A stretch of DNA of 64,000 nucleotides from Casimicrobiaceae bacterium (GTDB lineage Bacteria; Pseudomonadota; Gammaproteobacteria; Burkholderiales; Casimicrobiaceae). The stretch is taken from NCBI GenBank assembly GCA_035541655.1, contig DATKMY010000155.1:9398-73397 (forward strand). Reading direction: 5' to 3'. Of this stretch, positions 18,859 through 27,906 are shown one piece after another. The position numbers and the translations under genes are program-made. The notes under the pieces were generated by a model. The model did no database searches and had not been told where the DNA came from. It saw only the letters and a list, made by a program, of their open reading frames with translations. Position 1 is the stretch's first letter. Each line of letters begins with the position of its first letter.

Positions 18859-19962
18859 ATGACCGCTCCGTCCGCGCCGACCAAGGGCCGCGGCGCAACG
18901 TTCAATCCCGCGAATCGCTATCGCGGCGAGCAGCGCGAAGCGGTCGACGACGGCTGGGCGCCGCCGGTCGACGAGGCGGGCGGCGACGTCGAGCCGCCGC
19001 CGCTCAAGACGACGGTCCGAATCCAGCGGGCGCGCACGATCGTCAGCCGCAACGATTCGCCGGACATTCCGTTCACACAGTCGATCAATCCGTACCAGGG
19101 CTGCGAGCACGGCTGCATCTACTGCTACGCGCGGCCCACGCACGCGTATCTCGACCTCTCGCCGGGCCTCGATTTCGAGACGAAGATCTTCGCGAAGCCC
19201 AACGCCGCGGCGCTCCTGCGCGCCGAGCTCGCGAAGCCCCGCTACCGCTGCGACCCGATCGCCCTCGGGACCAACACCGATCCGTACCAGCCGATCGAGC
19301 GCGAGTGGAAGATCACGCGCTCGGTGATCGAAACGCTCGCCGCGTGCGACCATCCACTGACGATCACGACGAAGGGCTCGTTGGTCGAGCGCGACATCGA
19401 CCTGCTCGCGCCGATGGCGGCAAAGGGTCTCGTCCGCGTGTTCATCTCGATCCCCACGCTCGACCGCGGGCTCGCGCGCAAGCTCGACCCGCGCGCCGCC
19501 GCCCCGCATCGCCGCCTCGCGCTCGTCAAGCTGCTCGCCGAAGCCGGCGTGCCGGTGGGCGTCAACGTCGCGCCGGTGATTCCGCAGCTCACCGACCGCG
19601 AGCTCGAAGCGATCCTCGAGGCCGCCGCGGGCGCCGGTGCGCGGCATGCGGGCTGGACGATGCTGCGCCTTCCGCTCGAGGTCGCGCCGCTCTTTCGCGA
19701 TTGGCTTGCCGCGCACTACCCTCTGCGCGCCGCGCACGTGATGAGCATCGTCCGGCAGCTCCGCGGCGGGCGCGACAACGAGCCTCGCTTTCACGCGCGG
19801 ATGGGCGGCCAGGGCGAATTCGCCGATCTGATCCGCAAGCGCTTCGCGATCGCCTGCAAGCGACTCGACCTCAATACGGATCGCGAACCGAAGCTCGACA
19901 CGACGCTGTTCCGGCCCCCGTCGGCGCCCGGCGGTGCGCCGCAACTCGATCTGTTCGCCTGA
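18859..19962 (+). CDS. PA0069-family radical SAM protein
   Basis: GRGATFNPANRY N-terminus and the CxxxCxxC cluster CEHGCIYCYARP. Confidence 0.85.
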   Translation: MTAPSAPTKGRGATFNPANRYRGEQREAVDDGWAPPVDEAGGDVEPPPLKTTVRIQRARTIVSRNDSPDIPFTQSINPYQGCEHGCIYCYARPTHAYLDLSPGLDFETKIFAKPNAAALLRAELAKPRYRCDPIALGTNTDPYQPIEREWKITRSVIETLAACDHPLTITTKGSLVERDIDLLAPMAAKGLVRVFISIPTLDRGLARKLDPRAAAPHRRLALVKLLAEAGVPVGVNVAPVIPQLTDRELEAILEAAAGAGARHAGWTMLRLPLEVAPLFRDWLAAHYPLRAAHVMSIVRQLRGGRDNEPRFHARMGGQGEFADLIRKRFAIACKRLDLNTDREPKLDTTLFRPPSAPGGAPQLDLFA

Positions 19963-19986
19963 CGCAACCGCGTCGCGGCGATTCGC

Positions 19987-20391
19987 TCATTCGCCGCGGA
20001 TTTCGCCGGCTGCCGTGTCGCAAATGACGGCCTGGGCGACGTGGCAAGCGAGCTTCCCGACGCTGTCGTAGCTCGGCGCGATCGCCGTCACCTTGAGTCT
20101 GATCCCCGCGACCTCGATCGCGTCGTTGACGTTCGCCCTCGTCGTCGCGCGAAGCAGCAGGATCGCGTCGTCGCGCCCCGGCGGAGTCGACGGCCGATCG
20201 GGTGCGCTGCCGATCCTTGCGGAGACGTCGGCGTGAACGCCGGGAAGCTTGAGGACCACGCACAGTTCGTCGCTCGTCGCCTCGAAAGCGCCTCGCCCAC
20301 GGTCATCGGGTGCTCCGGCTTTGATGATCGTGCAGTGAACCTCGGTGTCGGCGGGCGGCTCGGCAGGACGTTCCGGTGGCTCGCTCGACAT
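19987..20391 (-). CDS. hypothetical protein (134 aa, 4 Cys, no family recognised)
   Basis: GAGGGAAG SD about 7 nt upstream of the ATG. Lies 17 nt downstream of the DMT gene stop on the same strand. The opposite-strand ORF is Arg-rich shadow. Codon third-position GC is visibly lower than in neighbours. Confidence 0.5.
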   Translation of the reverse strand: MSSEPPERPAEPPADTEVHCTIIKAGAPDDRGRGAFEATSDELCVVLKLPGVHADVSARIGSAPDRPSTPPGRDDAILLLRATTRANVNDAIEVAGIRLKVTAIAPSYDSVGKLACHVAQAVICDTAAGEIRGE

Positions 20392-20408
20392 GCGCTTCCC
20401 TCAATGGC

Positions 20409-21305
20409 TCACGGTTCGGGCGTCGCAAGCTCGGGCCTGCGCACGATGAGCGCGACACCGATGATGCCGATCACCATGCCCGCGAGCGCCGTTGCATCGA
20501 GCGTTTCGCCGAAGATGAAGTAAGCCATCGCAGCGGTCGTGATCGGCGTAAGGTAGAAGAGGCTCGCCACGCGCGTCGCTTCGCCGCGCTTGATCAGGTA
20601 GAAGAGGACGGAGATCGCGCCGATCGAGAGCACAAGCACGAGCCACGCGAGCGCCACGACGAGATCGACCGTCCAGGCGACCCGCATCGTCTCGGTGAAA
20701 CCGGCGAGCGGCAGCAGGAGAGCCAGTGCGACGCCAAATTGGATCACGGATCCGGTCCGGAGATCGAAGGCCGGACAGTAACGCTTCTGATATACGGTGC
20801 CGGCGGTAATGCTGACGAGCGCGAGCACCGCCCACGCCATGCTGATCGGAGTGAGTCCCTCCAGCGATGTCTTTTGCCACATCACCATCACCACGCCGCC
20901 GAATCCGAGCGCGAGGCCGAGCCACTGGAGCGCAGTCACACGCTCTTTCAAAAACGGCGCCGCGGCGAACGCCGTGACGACCGGCTGGAGCCCGACGACG
21001 AGCGCGGTCACGCCCGCCGGCATTCCGTGAAACACGGCGGAAAAGCAGCCGCCGAGGTAACCGCCCTGGATGAGCGCGCCGGCGACGCCGATGTGCGCGG
21101 CCTCGCGGGCTGTCGCCGGCCACTTCGCGCGGAGCACGACGGCGAGCGGAAGCATCAGCAGCAGCACGAACGCGAAGCGTAGGCTCAGAAACGTGAACGG
21201 CTCGATGTACGGGACGCCGAGCTTCGACGCGATGAAGCCGGTGCTCCACAACACGACAAAGAGCGGCGGTGCGAGCGCCGCCCATCGGAAAGAGTGCCCC
21301 GGCAT
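20409..21305 (-). CDS. DMT superfamily (EamA-like) transporter
   Basis: 10-TM-like hydrophobic protein with duplicated EamA halves. Start chosen at ATG 21305 (MPGHSFRWAALAPPLFVVLWSTGF). Confidence 0.85.
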   Translation of the reverse strand: MPGHSFRWAALAPPLFVVLWSTGFIASKLGVPYIEPFTFLSLRFAFVLLLMLPLAVVLRAKWPATAREAAHIGVAGALIQGGYLGGCFSAVFHGMPAGVTALVVGLQPVVTAFAAAPFLKERVTALQWLGLALGFGGVVMVMWQKTSLEGLTPISMAWAVLALVSITAGTVYQKRYCPAFDLRTGSVIQFGVALALLLPLAGFTETMRVAWTVDLVVALAWLVLVLSIGAISVLFYLIKRGEATRVASLFYLTPITTAAMAYFIFGETLDATALAGMVIGIIGVALIVRRPELATPEP

Positions 21306-21393
21306 GCTGCCTCCAAGAATACCATCGCGCAGGGCCAACACAGCCGGGCGTCGGAAGCCGTTCGTGGTCCATACTATCGGCCGGAGACCGACC

Positions 21394-22041
21394 ATGGCAT
21401 CACTGACCGAACGCCTCGCGCAGTGCTACAGCGGCGCAGTGCACGACGTGCTGCGGATGATGGGACACGAGAACATCGTGCTCCCTCCCGACATCAAGGC
21501 GATCGCGCCGGGCACGCGGCTCGCCGGCCCCGTCTGGACCGTGTCCGGCCACATCGATCGCACGAAGACCCGCGACGAGACGCTGCTCGGCTGGTGCACG
21601 CTGCTCTCGAAAGCGCCCGCTGGCCATGTCGTCGTCTGCCAGCCCAACAATCGCGAAGTCGCGCTGATGGGCGAGCTCTCCGCGCAGACGCTGCATACGC
21701 GCGGCGTGCTCGGCTACGTCGTCGACGGCGGCTCGCGCGACACCGATCTCGTGCTCGCGCAGGGTTTCCCCGTGTTCTGCTCCTTCCTGACGCCGGCGGA
21801 CATCGTCCAGCGCTGGATCCCCGATCGCTACGGCGAGCCGGTGACGATCGGCAACGTGACGATCTCGACAGGCGACTACCTGCTCGGCGACCGCGACGGC
21901 GTGGTGATCGTTCCGCGGCCGGTCGCGGAGGAAGTGGTCGCGAAGACCGAGGAGGTCGTCGCCACCGAAAGCGAGATGCGCCGTGCGTTGGTGGGCGGCA
22001 TGGATCCGGTCGCGGCGTACAACAAGTATGGCAAGTTCTGA
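21394..22041 (+). CDS. RraA family protein (RraA / HMG-CHA aldolase-like)
   Basis: 215 aa from ATG 21394. LMGELSAQTLHTRGVLGYVVDGGSRD and GDYLLGDRDGVVIVP are family hallmarks. Confidence 0.85.
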   Translation: MASLTERLAQCYSGAVHDVLRMMGHENIVLPPDIKAIAPGTRLAGPVWTVSGHIDRTKTRDETLLGWCTLLSKAPAGHVVVCQPNNREVALMGELSAQTLHTRGVLGYVVDGGSRDTDLVLAQGFPVFCSFLTPADIVQRWIPDRYGEPVTIGNVTISTGDYLLGDRDGVVIVPRPVAEEVVAKTEEVVATESEMRRALVGGMDPVAAYNKYGKF

Positions 22042-22342
22042 GGCAAAGAAAGGTGCCGAACGCCACGAGCGCGGCGTGCTGCGACTTTCTCCTCCCGACA
22101 ACGTCGCCGTCGCGCTGCGCCCGCTCAAGGCGGGCGAGACGGTGATGCTCGACGGCGTCGCGCTCACCGTGAACCGCAACGTTCCCGTGAGCCAGAAGCT
22201 CGCCGCGTGCGCGATCGCGAAGGGCGAGCTCGTCGTCAAGTACGGCTGCACGATCGGAATCGCGACCGTCGCGATCGAGCCCGGCGAGCACCTGCACGCG
22301 GGAAACGTCGAAGCGCACTACGGATCGACGCTGGACTCCTGA
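22028..22342 (+). CDS. stand-alone SAF domain protein (UxaA/altronate-dehydratase N-terminal, small-subunit-like)
   Basis: 104 aa from ATG 22028, overlapping the RraA-like gene by 14 nt. SPPDNVAVALRPLKAGE...VKYGCTIGIATVAIEPGEHLHAGN matches the UxaA N-terminal SAF pattern. Confidence 0.7.
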   Translation: MASSEAKKGAERHERGVLRLSPPDNVAVALRPLKAGETVMLDGVALTVNRNVPVSQKLAACAIAKGELVVKYGCTIGIATVAIEPGEHLHAGNVEAHYGSTLDS

Positions 22343-22460
22343 GTTCGGCCCCCCGCGGACTTCAGGCTGGCCGATACCCGATACATGCGCCGGGGGCTCG
22401 CGCTGTTTGCCATCGCCACGGCAAACAGGCATCCTCGGCACGTCAGCTCACGAGGGCTCC

Positions 22461-23114
22461 ATGGCGAACATCCCCGACGACATCTTCACCGAGCCCGACG
22501 ACGTTTCTCCGGACACGCTGGCCAATCTGGGTCCGCTACGGCGCCTGGCCGGAGAGTGGCAGTCGGATCAGGGCGTGGACATCAATCCGAAAGCGGAAGG
22601 GCCGGAGAGGCGGGTGTTCCGCGAGCATGTACGAATGGATCCGATCGATCCGCAGGCCAACGGGCCGCAACTCTTCTACGGACTGCGCTACCACATTCAC
22701 ATCAACACCCCCGAAGAGCTCACCACCTTTCACGATCAGGTCGGTTACTGGCTTTGGGAACCGGCCACCGGCCTGATCATGCAGACGATCGCCATTCCCC
22801 GCGGCCAGGTGGTGCTGGCGGGCGGAACGGCGGCGCCGGACGACAAGCGCATCTCGGTCGAGGCGCGGCGCGGCGATACCCGATTCGGCATCTGCTCGAC
22901 GACCTTCCTCGACGAGGCGTTTCGCACCGACTACTACCGCATCGACATCACCTTCAACGACGACGACAGCTGGACTTACGTGACGCGCACGGACCTGGCG
23001 GTGCGCGGGAAGACGCCGGCGTTCGACCATCGCGACACCAACACGTTGCGGCGGATCGGGCCGCCCAGGCCGAACCCGCTCTTCAATCTGGTGAAGGCGG
23101 GCAAGGGGCGCTAG
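22461..23114 (+). CDS. heme-binding beta-barrel (nitrobindin / THAP4-like, DUF1794) domain protein
   Basis: 217 aa from ATG 22461. LGPLRRLAGEWQSDQGVD...FYGLRYH...VGYWLWEP resembles nitrobindin-type lipocalin-like barrels (recalled pattern). Confidence 0.65.
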   Translation: MANIPDDIFTEPDDVSPDTLANLGPLRRLAGEWQSDQGVDINPKAEGPERRVFREHVRMDPIDPQANGPQLFYGLRYHIHINTPEELTTFHDQVGYWLWEPATGLIMQTIAIPRGQVVLAGGTAAPDDKRISVEARRGDTRFGICSTTFLDEAFRTDYYRIDITFNDDDSWTYVTRTDLAVRGKTPAFDHRDTNTLRRIGPPRPNPLFNLVKAGKGR

Positions 23115-23123
23115 AACCGCGGG

Positions 23124-23146
23124 CGCCGTTCGATCGCAGAACGGCG
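23124..23146. terminator. 8-bp stem hairpin between convergent genes
   Basis: CGCCGTTC-gatcgca-GAACGGCG sits in the 87-nt convergent spacer. There is no clear U-tract, so terminator function is uncertain. Confidence 0.35.
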
Positions 23147-23201
23147 ACTGCCCCGAGTCGCCCGCCCGCAGGGCATCTGCGAAGGGACGCATGCGCAGGC
23201 C

Positions 23202-26200
23202 TCAACGCTCGAGCGCGCGCTCGAGCACCCTGATCGCATGGATCGCTTCGCGGCGGCCGCCGCCCGCAAGCGACAGGTCGGCGATCTGGTGCCGGCAGCT
23301 CGTTCCGTCGGCGACGATGAGCGTATCGGGCGCCGCGGCACGCACTACGGGCATGAGCGACTGCTCGGCCATCGCGACCGAGATGTCGTAGTGCGCTGCC
23401 TCGTAGCCGAAGCTCCCAGCCATCCCGCAGCAGCTCGATTCGACGTGGTCGACGGTGAGTCCCGGGATGCGCGCGAGAACGTCGCGCACGCAATTCGCCG
23501 CGTCGAACGCCTTCTGGTGGCAGTGGGTGTGCAGCAGCGCGCGCCTGGTTTCGAGCGGTCGTAGCGGAAGGTCGAGGCGGCCGGCGCGATCCTCGCGCGC
23601 GAGGTATTCCTCGATCAGGAACGCGCTTTCGGCGAGACGCCTCGCGGGATCGCCGAGGCCCATCACCAGAAACTCGTCGCGCATCGACAGCAGGCATGAC
23701 GGCTCGAGTCCGACGATCGCGGCGCCGCGCTCGACGTGCGGCGCAAGCGCAGCGACGGTGCGCCTCGCTTCGGCCTTGGCTTCGTCGACGAGACCGGCGG
23801 AGAGGTAGGTCCGGCCGCAGCATAGCGGGCGCGAGGCGTCCGCATCGTCGTGGCTTGCTCGCGCGACGGCCACCTGCCGGCCAGCGGCGCGCAGCACGGT
23901 CGTTGCGGCGCGCGCGTTCTCCGGCTCGAAATAGTTGCTGAACGTGTCGACGAACAGCACGACGTCTGCATCCGTCGGTTCGCCCTCCTCTCGGCCGCCC
24001 GCGCCTTCGCGAAAAAACGTGTCGCTGCGCCACCGCGGCAGCGTCCGCCGTGCCGAGAATCCAAGCCATCGCTCCGACAGACTAGCGGCCCCGGGAAACG
24101 TGTCGCGCAGGTTCGCGAGCCACGGCGATCGCGACGCCCGCGGCGCCCAGCGCGGCAGCGAGGCAATCAACCGATCCTTGAATGCGATCCCGTGCGCGCG
24201 CTGCCGGTGATACAGCACTTCGATCTTCATCTTCGCCATGTCGACGCCGGTCGGGCATTCGCGCTTGCAGCCTTTGCAGCTCACGCAGAGATCGAGCGCG
24301 CCGTGCACCGCATCGGAGGTGAGCGCGTTCGGGCCCAGCTGCCCCGACAGTGCCAGCCGCAGCGTGTTCGCGCGGCCGCGCGTCAGGTGCTTCTCGTCGC
24401 GCGTCACGCGATAGCTCGGGCACATCGTTCCCGCGTCGAACTTGCGACAGTGGCCGTTGTTGTTGCACATCTCGACCGCTTTCGCGAATCCGAGCGCAGG
24501 GTCGCCGCCCGTGCCCGGCGCCGTCAGCGTTTCGGTCACCGGATCGTTCTGCACGTTCCACGCCGACCAATCGAACGCGGTCGCGAGCGCTTCGGTGCGG
24601 TGACCCGGACGAAAGCGGAAGAGCGACACGTCGTCCATTTTCGTCGAATTGACGATCTTCCCGGGATTCATCAGGCCGAGAGGATCGAACAGCGCCTTGA
24701 TCTCGCCGAACGCGCGCGTCAGCTGCGGGCCGAACTGCCAGCCGACCCATTCGCTGCGGACGAGGCCGTCGCCGTGCTCGCCGGAATACGCGCCCTTGTA
24801 GCCGCGGACGAGCTCGGAGGCCTCCTCGGCGATCGCGCGCATCTTCGCGGCGCCGTCGCGGCGCATGTCGAGGATCGGCCGCACGTGCAGCGTCCCGACG
24901 GACGCGTGCGCATACCACGTGCCGCGCGTCCCGTGGCGCGCGAACACCTGCGTGAGCTTGTCCACGTACTCGGCGAGATGCTCGAGCGGCACGGCGCAGT
25001 CTTCGATGAACGACACGGGCTTTCCGTCGCCCTTGAGGCTCATCATGATGTTGAGGCCCGCCTTGCGCACGTCCCACAGCGCTTTCTGCGCGGCTGCGTC
25101 GGTCATCTCGACCACGGTTCCCGGCAACCCGAGATCGCCCATCAGCGCGACGAGATCCCGGAGGCGCGCGGTCGGCGCTTCGCGCGACTCGCCGATGAAC
25201 TCGACGAGCAGCATCGCATCGGGCTCGCCGATAAGCACATGGTCGATCACCGGGCGAAACGCCGGGTTGTCGCGCGCGAGTCCGATCATCGTGCGGTCGA
25301 CCAGCTCGACAGCCGCGGGGCCGAGCCCGACGATGTGCTGCGCGCATTCCATCGCCCGGAAGAGCGACGGAAAGCTGACGACGCCGAGCGAGCGGTGCGC
25401 AGGGAACGACGCGAGCTTCAATGTCAGCGCACGAGTCCACGCGAGCGTCCCCTCGCTGCCGACGAGAAGCTGCGCGTAGTTGACGCTGTTGTCCGGCGTG
25501 TAGGGCTTCCCGCTCTGTGGGTGGAAGACGTCGATGTTGTAGCCGCCGACGCGGCGGAGAACCTTCGGGACCTTGCGCGCGATCTCGTCGCGCTCGCGTG
25601 CGCCGATCGCCGCGAGATCGCGGACGAGCGCCGCTACGCGCGGCGGCGCGCCCGCCATCTCCCGTTCGACGCCGAAGCGCGCTTCGGTGCCGTCGGAGAG
25701 GATCGCGTCGATCGCGACGACGTTGTGCACCATGTTGCCGTAGGCGATCGAGCGCGACCCGCACGAGTTGTTACCCGCCATGCCGCCGAGCGTCGCCTGC
25801 GCCGATGTGCTGACGTCGACGGGGAACCACGCGCCGTGCGGCTTGAGACGGGCGTTGAGCTGGTCGAGGACGACGCCGGGCTCGACTTCGATCGTCATCG
25901 CGTCGCGATCGAAAATGCCGATGCGGTTCAGATGCTTGCTCTGATCGATGACGAGCGCCGCGCCGACCGTCTGCCCGCATTGCGAGCTCCCCGCACCGCG
26001 CGGCAGGAGCGGCACCTTCTGCTCGCGACAGAGCGCGATCGCCGTGCGCACGTCGTCGGTCGTCTTCGGAACGAGGACGCCGATCGGCTCGACCTGGTAG
26101 ATCGACGCATCCGTCGCGTAGCGGCCGCGCGAGGCCGGGTCGAACAGCACGTCGCCCTCCACGCTGCGTGCGAGACGCGCGGCGAGATCGCCGGGGCGCG

Positions 26201-26210
26201 GGTCAGCCAT
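23202..26210 (-). CDS. FAD-binding oxidase fused to (Fe-S)/CCG-domain oxidoreductase (YdiJ / GlcD-GlcF fusion type)
   Basis: 1002 aa from ATG 26210. N-terminal FAD_binding_4 region (LLPRGAGSSQCGQ). Middle segment with two 4Fe-4S Cys clusters (CNNNGHCRK..., CVSCKGCKRECP). C-terminal CCG region (CCGMAGSFGY). Confidence 0.9.
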   Translation of the reverse strand: MADPRPGDLAARLARSVEGDVLFDPASRGRYATDASIYQVEPIGVLVPKTTDDVRTAIALCREQKVPLLPRGAGSSQCGQTVGAALVIDQSKHLNRIGIFDRDAMTIEVEPGVVLDQLNARLKPHGAWFPVDVSTSAQATLGGMAGNNSCGSRSIAYGNMVHNVVAIDAILSDGTEARFGVEREMAGAPPRVAALVRDLAAIGARERDEIARKVPKVLRRVGGYNIDVFHPQSGKPYTPDNSVNYAQLLVGSEGTLAWTRALTLKLASFPAHRSLGVVSFPSLFRAMECAQHIVGLGPAAVELVDRTMIGLARDNPAFRPVIDHVLIGEPDAMLLVEFIGESREAPTARLRDLVALMGDLGLPGTVVEMTDAAAQKALWDVRKAGLNIMMSLKGDGKPVSFIEDCAVPLEHLAEYVDKLTQVFARHGTRGTWYAHASVGTLHVRPILDMRRDGAAKMRAIAEEASELVRGYKGAYSGEHGDGLVRSEWVGWQFGPQLTRAFGEIKALFDPLGLMNPGKIVNSTKMDDVSLFRFRPGHRTEALATAFDWSAWNVQNDPVTETLTAPGTGGDPALGFAKAVEMCNNNGHCRKFDAGTMCPSYRVTRDEKHLTRGRANTLRLALSGQLGPNALTSDAVHGALDLCVSCKGCKRECPTGVDMAKMKIEVLYHRQRAHGIAFKDRLIASLPRWAPRASRSPWLANLRDTFPGAASLSERWLGFSARRTLPRWRSDTFFREGAGGREEGEPTDADVVLFVDTFSNYFEPENARAATTVLRAAGRQVAVARASHDDADASRPLCCGRTYLSAGLVDEAKAEARRTVAALAPHVERGAAIVGLEPSCLLSMRDEFLVMGLGDPARRLAESAFLIEEYLAREDRAGRLDLPLRPLETRRALLHTHCHQKAFDAANCVRDVLARIPGLTVDHVESSCCGMAGSFGYEAAHYDISVAMAEQSLMPVVRAAAPDTLIVADGTSCRHQIADLSLAGGGRREAIHAIRVLERALER

Positions 26211-26371
26211 GGTCCCGATTGTAGTGGATGCCCCGCTGCCACCGCGCATCGAGGCGGGGCCGAACGCTTGCCGCCACGCGGCAAAGATCAGTAGCATGGA
26301 CGCCTGCCGCTCGGCGAGCAGCCGCGATCGATGTCCGCGCGGCGCCGCTGCCGGCTATCGAGGTCGACGCC

Positions 26372-27658
26372 ATGAATCCGCTGAATCCGCTTCACTCCGG
26401 CCGGCACTTCCTGCAAATTCCCGGGCCGACGAACGTTCCCGATCGCGTGCTGCGCGCGATCGACGCCCCGACGATCGACCATCGCGGCCCGGAGTTCGCC
26501 GCGCTCGGCAAGAGTGTGATCGCCGGAATGAAGAGGGTATTCAAGACGACGGGCGACGTCGTCATCTATCCGGCGTCGGGAACGGGCGCGTGGGAAGCCG
26601 CGCTCGTCAACACGCTGTCGCCGGGCGACCGCGTGCTGATGGGGGAGACCGGCCACTTCGCGACGTTATGGAGGAAGCTCGCCGAGCGCCTCGGGCTTGC
26701 GGTGGAGTTCATTCCCGGCGACTGGCGGCACGGCGCCGACCCCGACACGATCGCCGAGCGGCTCGCCGCCGATTCCGCGCACGCGATCAAGGCGGTCTGC
26801 GTCGTCCACAACGAGACTTCGACCGGCGTCACGAGCAAGGTCGCGGATGTGCGCGCCGCAATCGACCGCGTCGGCCATCCGGCGCTGTTCATGGTCGACA
26901 CGATCAGTTCGCTCGCCTCCATCGATTACCGCCACGACGAATGGGGCGTCGACGTCACGGTCGGCGGATCGCAGAAGGGGCTGATGCTGCCGCCGGGGCT
27001 TTCGTTCAATGCGATCGGGACGAAGGCGCTCGCCGCGTCGAAGAAGGCGAAGCTCCCGCGCTCGTACTGGGACTGGCAGGAAATGCTTGCCGTGAACACC
27101 GCCGGATTCTTTCCCTACACGCCGGCGACCAATCTTCTCTACGGCCTGTCGGTCGCGCTCGACATGTTGTTCGAGGAAAGCCTCGATCGCGTGTTCGCGC
27201 GCCATGATCGGCTCGCGGAGGCCACGCGGCGCGCGGTTCGCGGATGGGGGCTCGAGATACTGTGCGCCGACCCGGCGCTCTACAGCTCGACGCTGACGGC
27301 GATCGTCGTGCCCGAGGGTCACAACGCCGACGCGCTGCGTAGGCTGATCCTCGAGCGTTTCGACATGTCGCTGGGCCAGGGCCTGGGCAAGGTCGCCGGC
27401 AAGGTGTTCCGCATCGGGCACCTCGGCCACTTCAACGACCTGATGCTCTGCGGCACGCTCGCCGGCGTCGAAATGGGCCTCGCGCTCGCGAGCGTTCCGC
27501 ATCGCAAGGGCGGAACGCAAGCTGCGATCGACTATCTCGCCGAGACCGCCGCGAGACAGCGCGATGCAACGGCGTCGGACCAGCCTCGCGAGCAGCCCGT
27601 TCAATCATCACCAGCCATCCCTGGCGCCCGCTCCGCAGCCGCGCAAGTCAGGTACTGA
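26372..27658 (+). CDS. class V aminotransferase (serine--glyoxylate / alanine--glyoxylate type)
   Basis: 428 aa from ATG 26372. FLQIPGPTNVPDRVLRA...VHNETSTGV...GGSQKGLMLPPGL (PLP lysine). Has an unusually long low-complexity C-terminal tail. Confidence 0.85.
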   Translation: MNPLNPLHSGRHFLQIPGPTNVPDRVLRAIDAPTIDHRGPEFAALGKSVIAGMKRVFKTTGDVVIYPASGTGAWEAALVNTLSPGDRVLMGETGHFATLWRKLAERLGLAVEFIPGDWRHGADPDTIAERLAADSAHAIKAVCVVHNETSTGVTSKVADVRAAIDRVGHPALFMVDTISSLASIDYRHDEWGVDVTVGGSQKGLMLPPGLSFNAIGTKALAASKKAKLPRSYWDWQEMLAVNTAGFFPYTPATNLLYGLSVALDMLFEESLDRVFARHDRLAEATRRAVRGWGLEILCADPALYSSTLTAIVVPEGHNADALRRLILERFDMSLGQGLGKVAGKVFRIGHLGHFNDLMLCGTLAGVEMGLALASVPHRKGGTQAAIDYLAETAARQRDATASDQPREQPVQSSPAIPGARSAAAQVRY

Positions 27659-27906
27659 CGAGGAACAGCGGGCGTCGACGAAGGAAGCCGCCGGCGAACT
27701 GCGCAGCCCGAGCGCTCCGCGCGACAGCCTCAGCCGTCGACCGCGATGCGAACGGATCGAGTCGTTCGACACGGCGAGAATGCCGGGCAGCTCATCGACG
27801 TTGTCGGCACGAATGTTGCATGCTACGCGTAACCCCGGGATGGGCGGCCCCGCGGCCCGCTCCCGGGCGCTCGATTCGGCGGGGCAGGAATCGGATTCAG
27901 GAGTCG

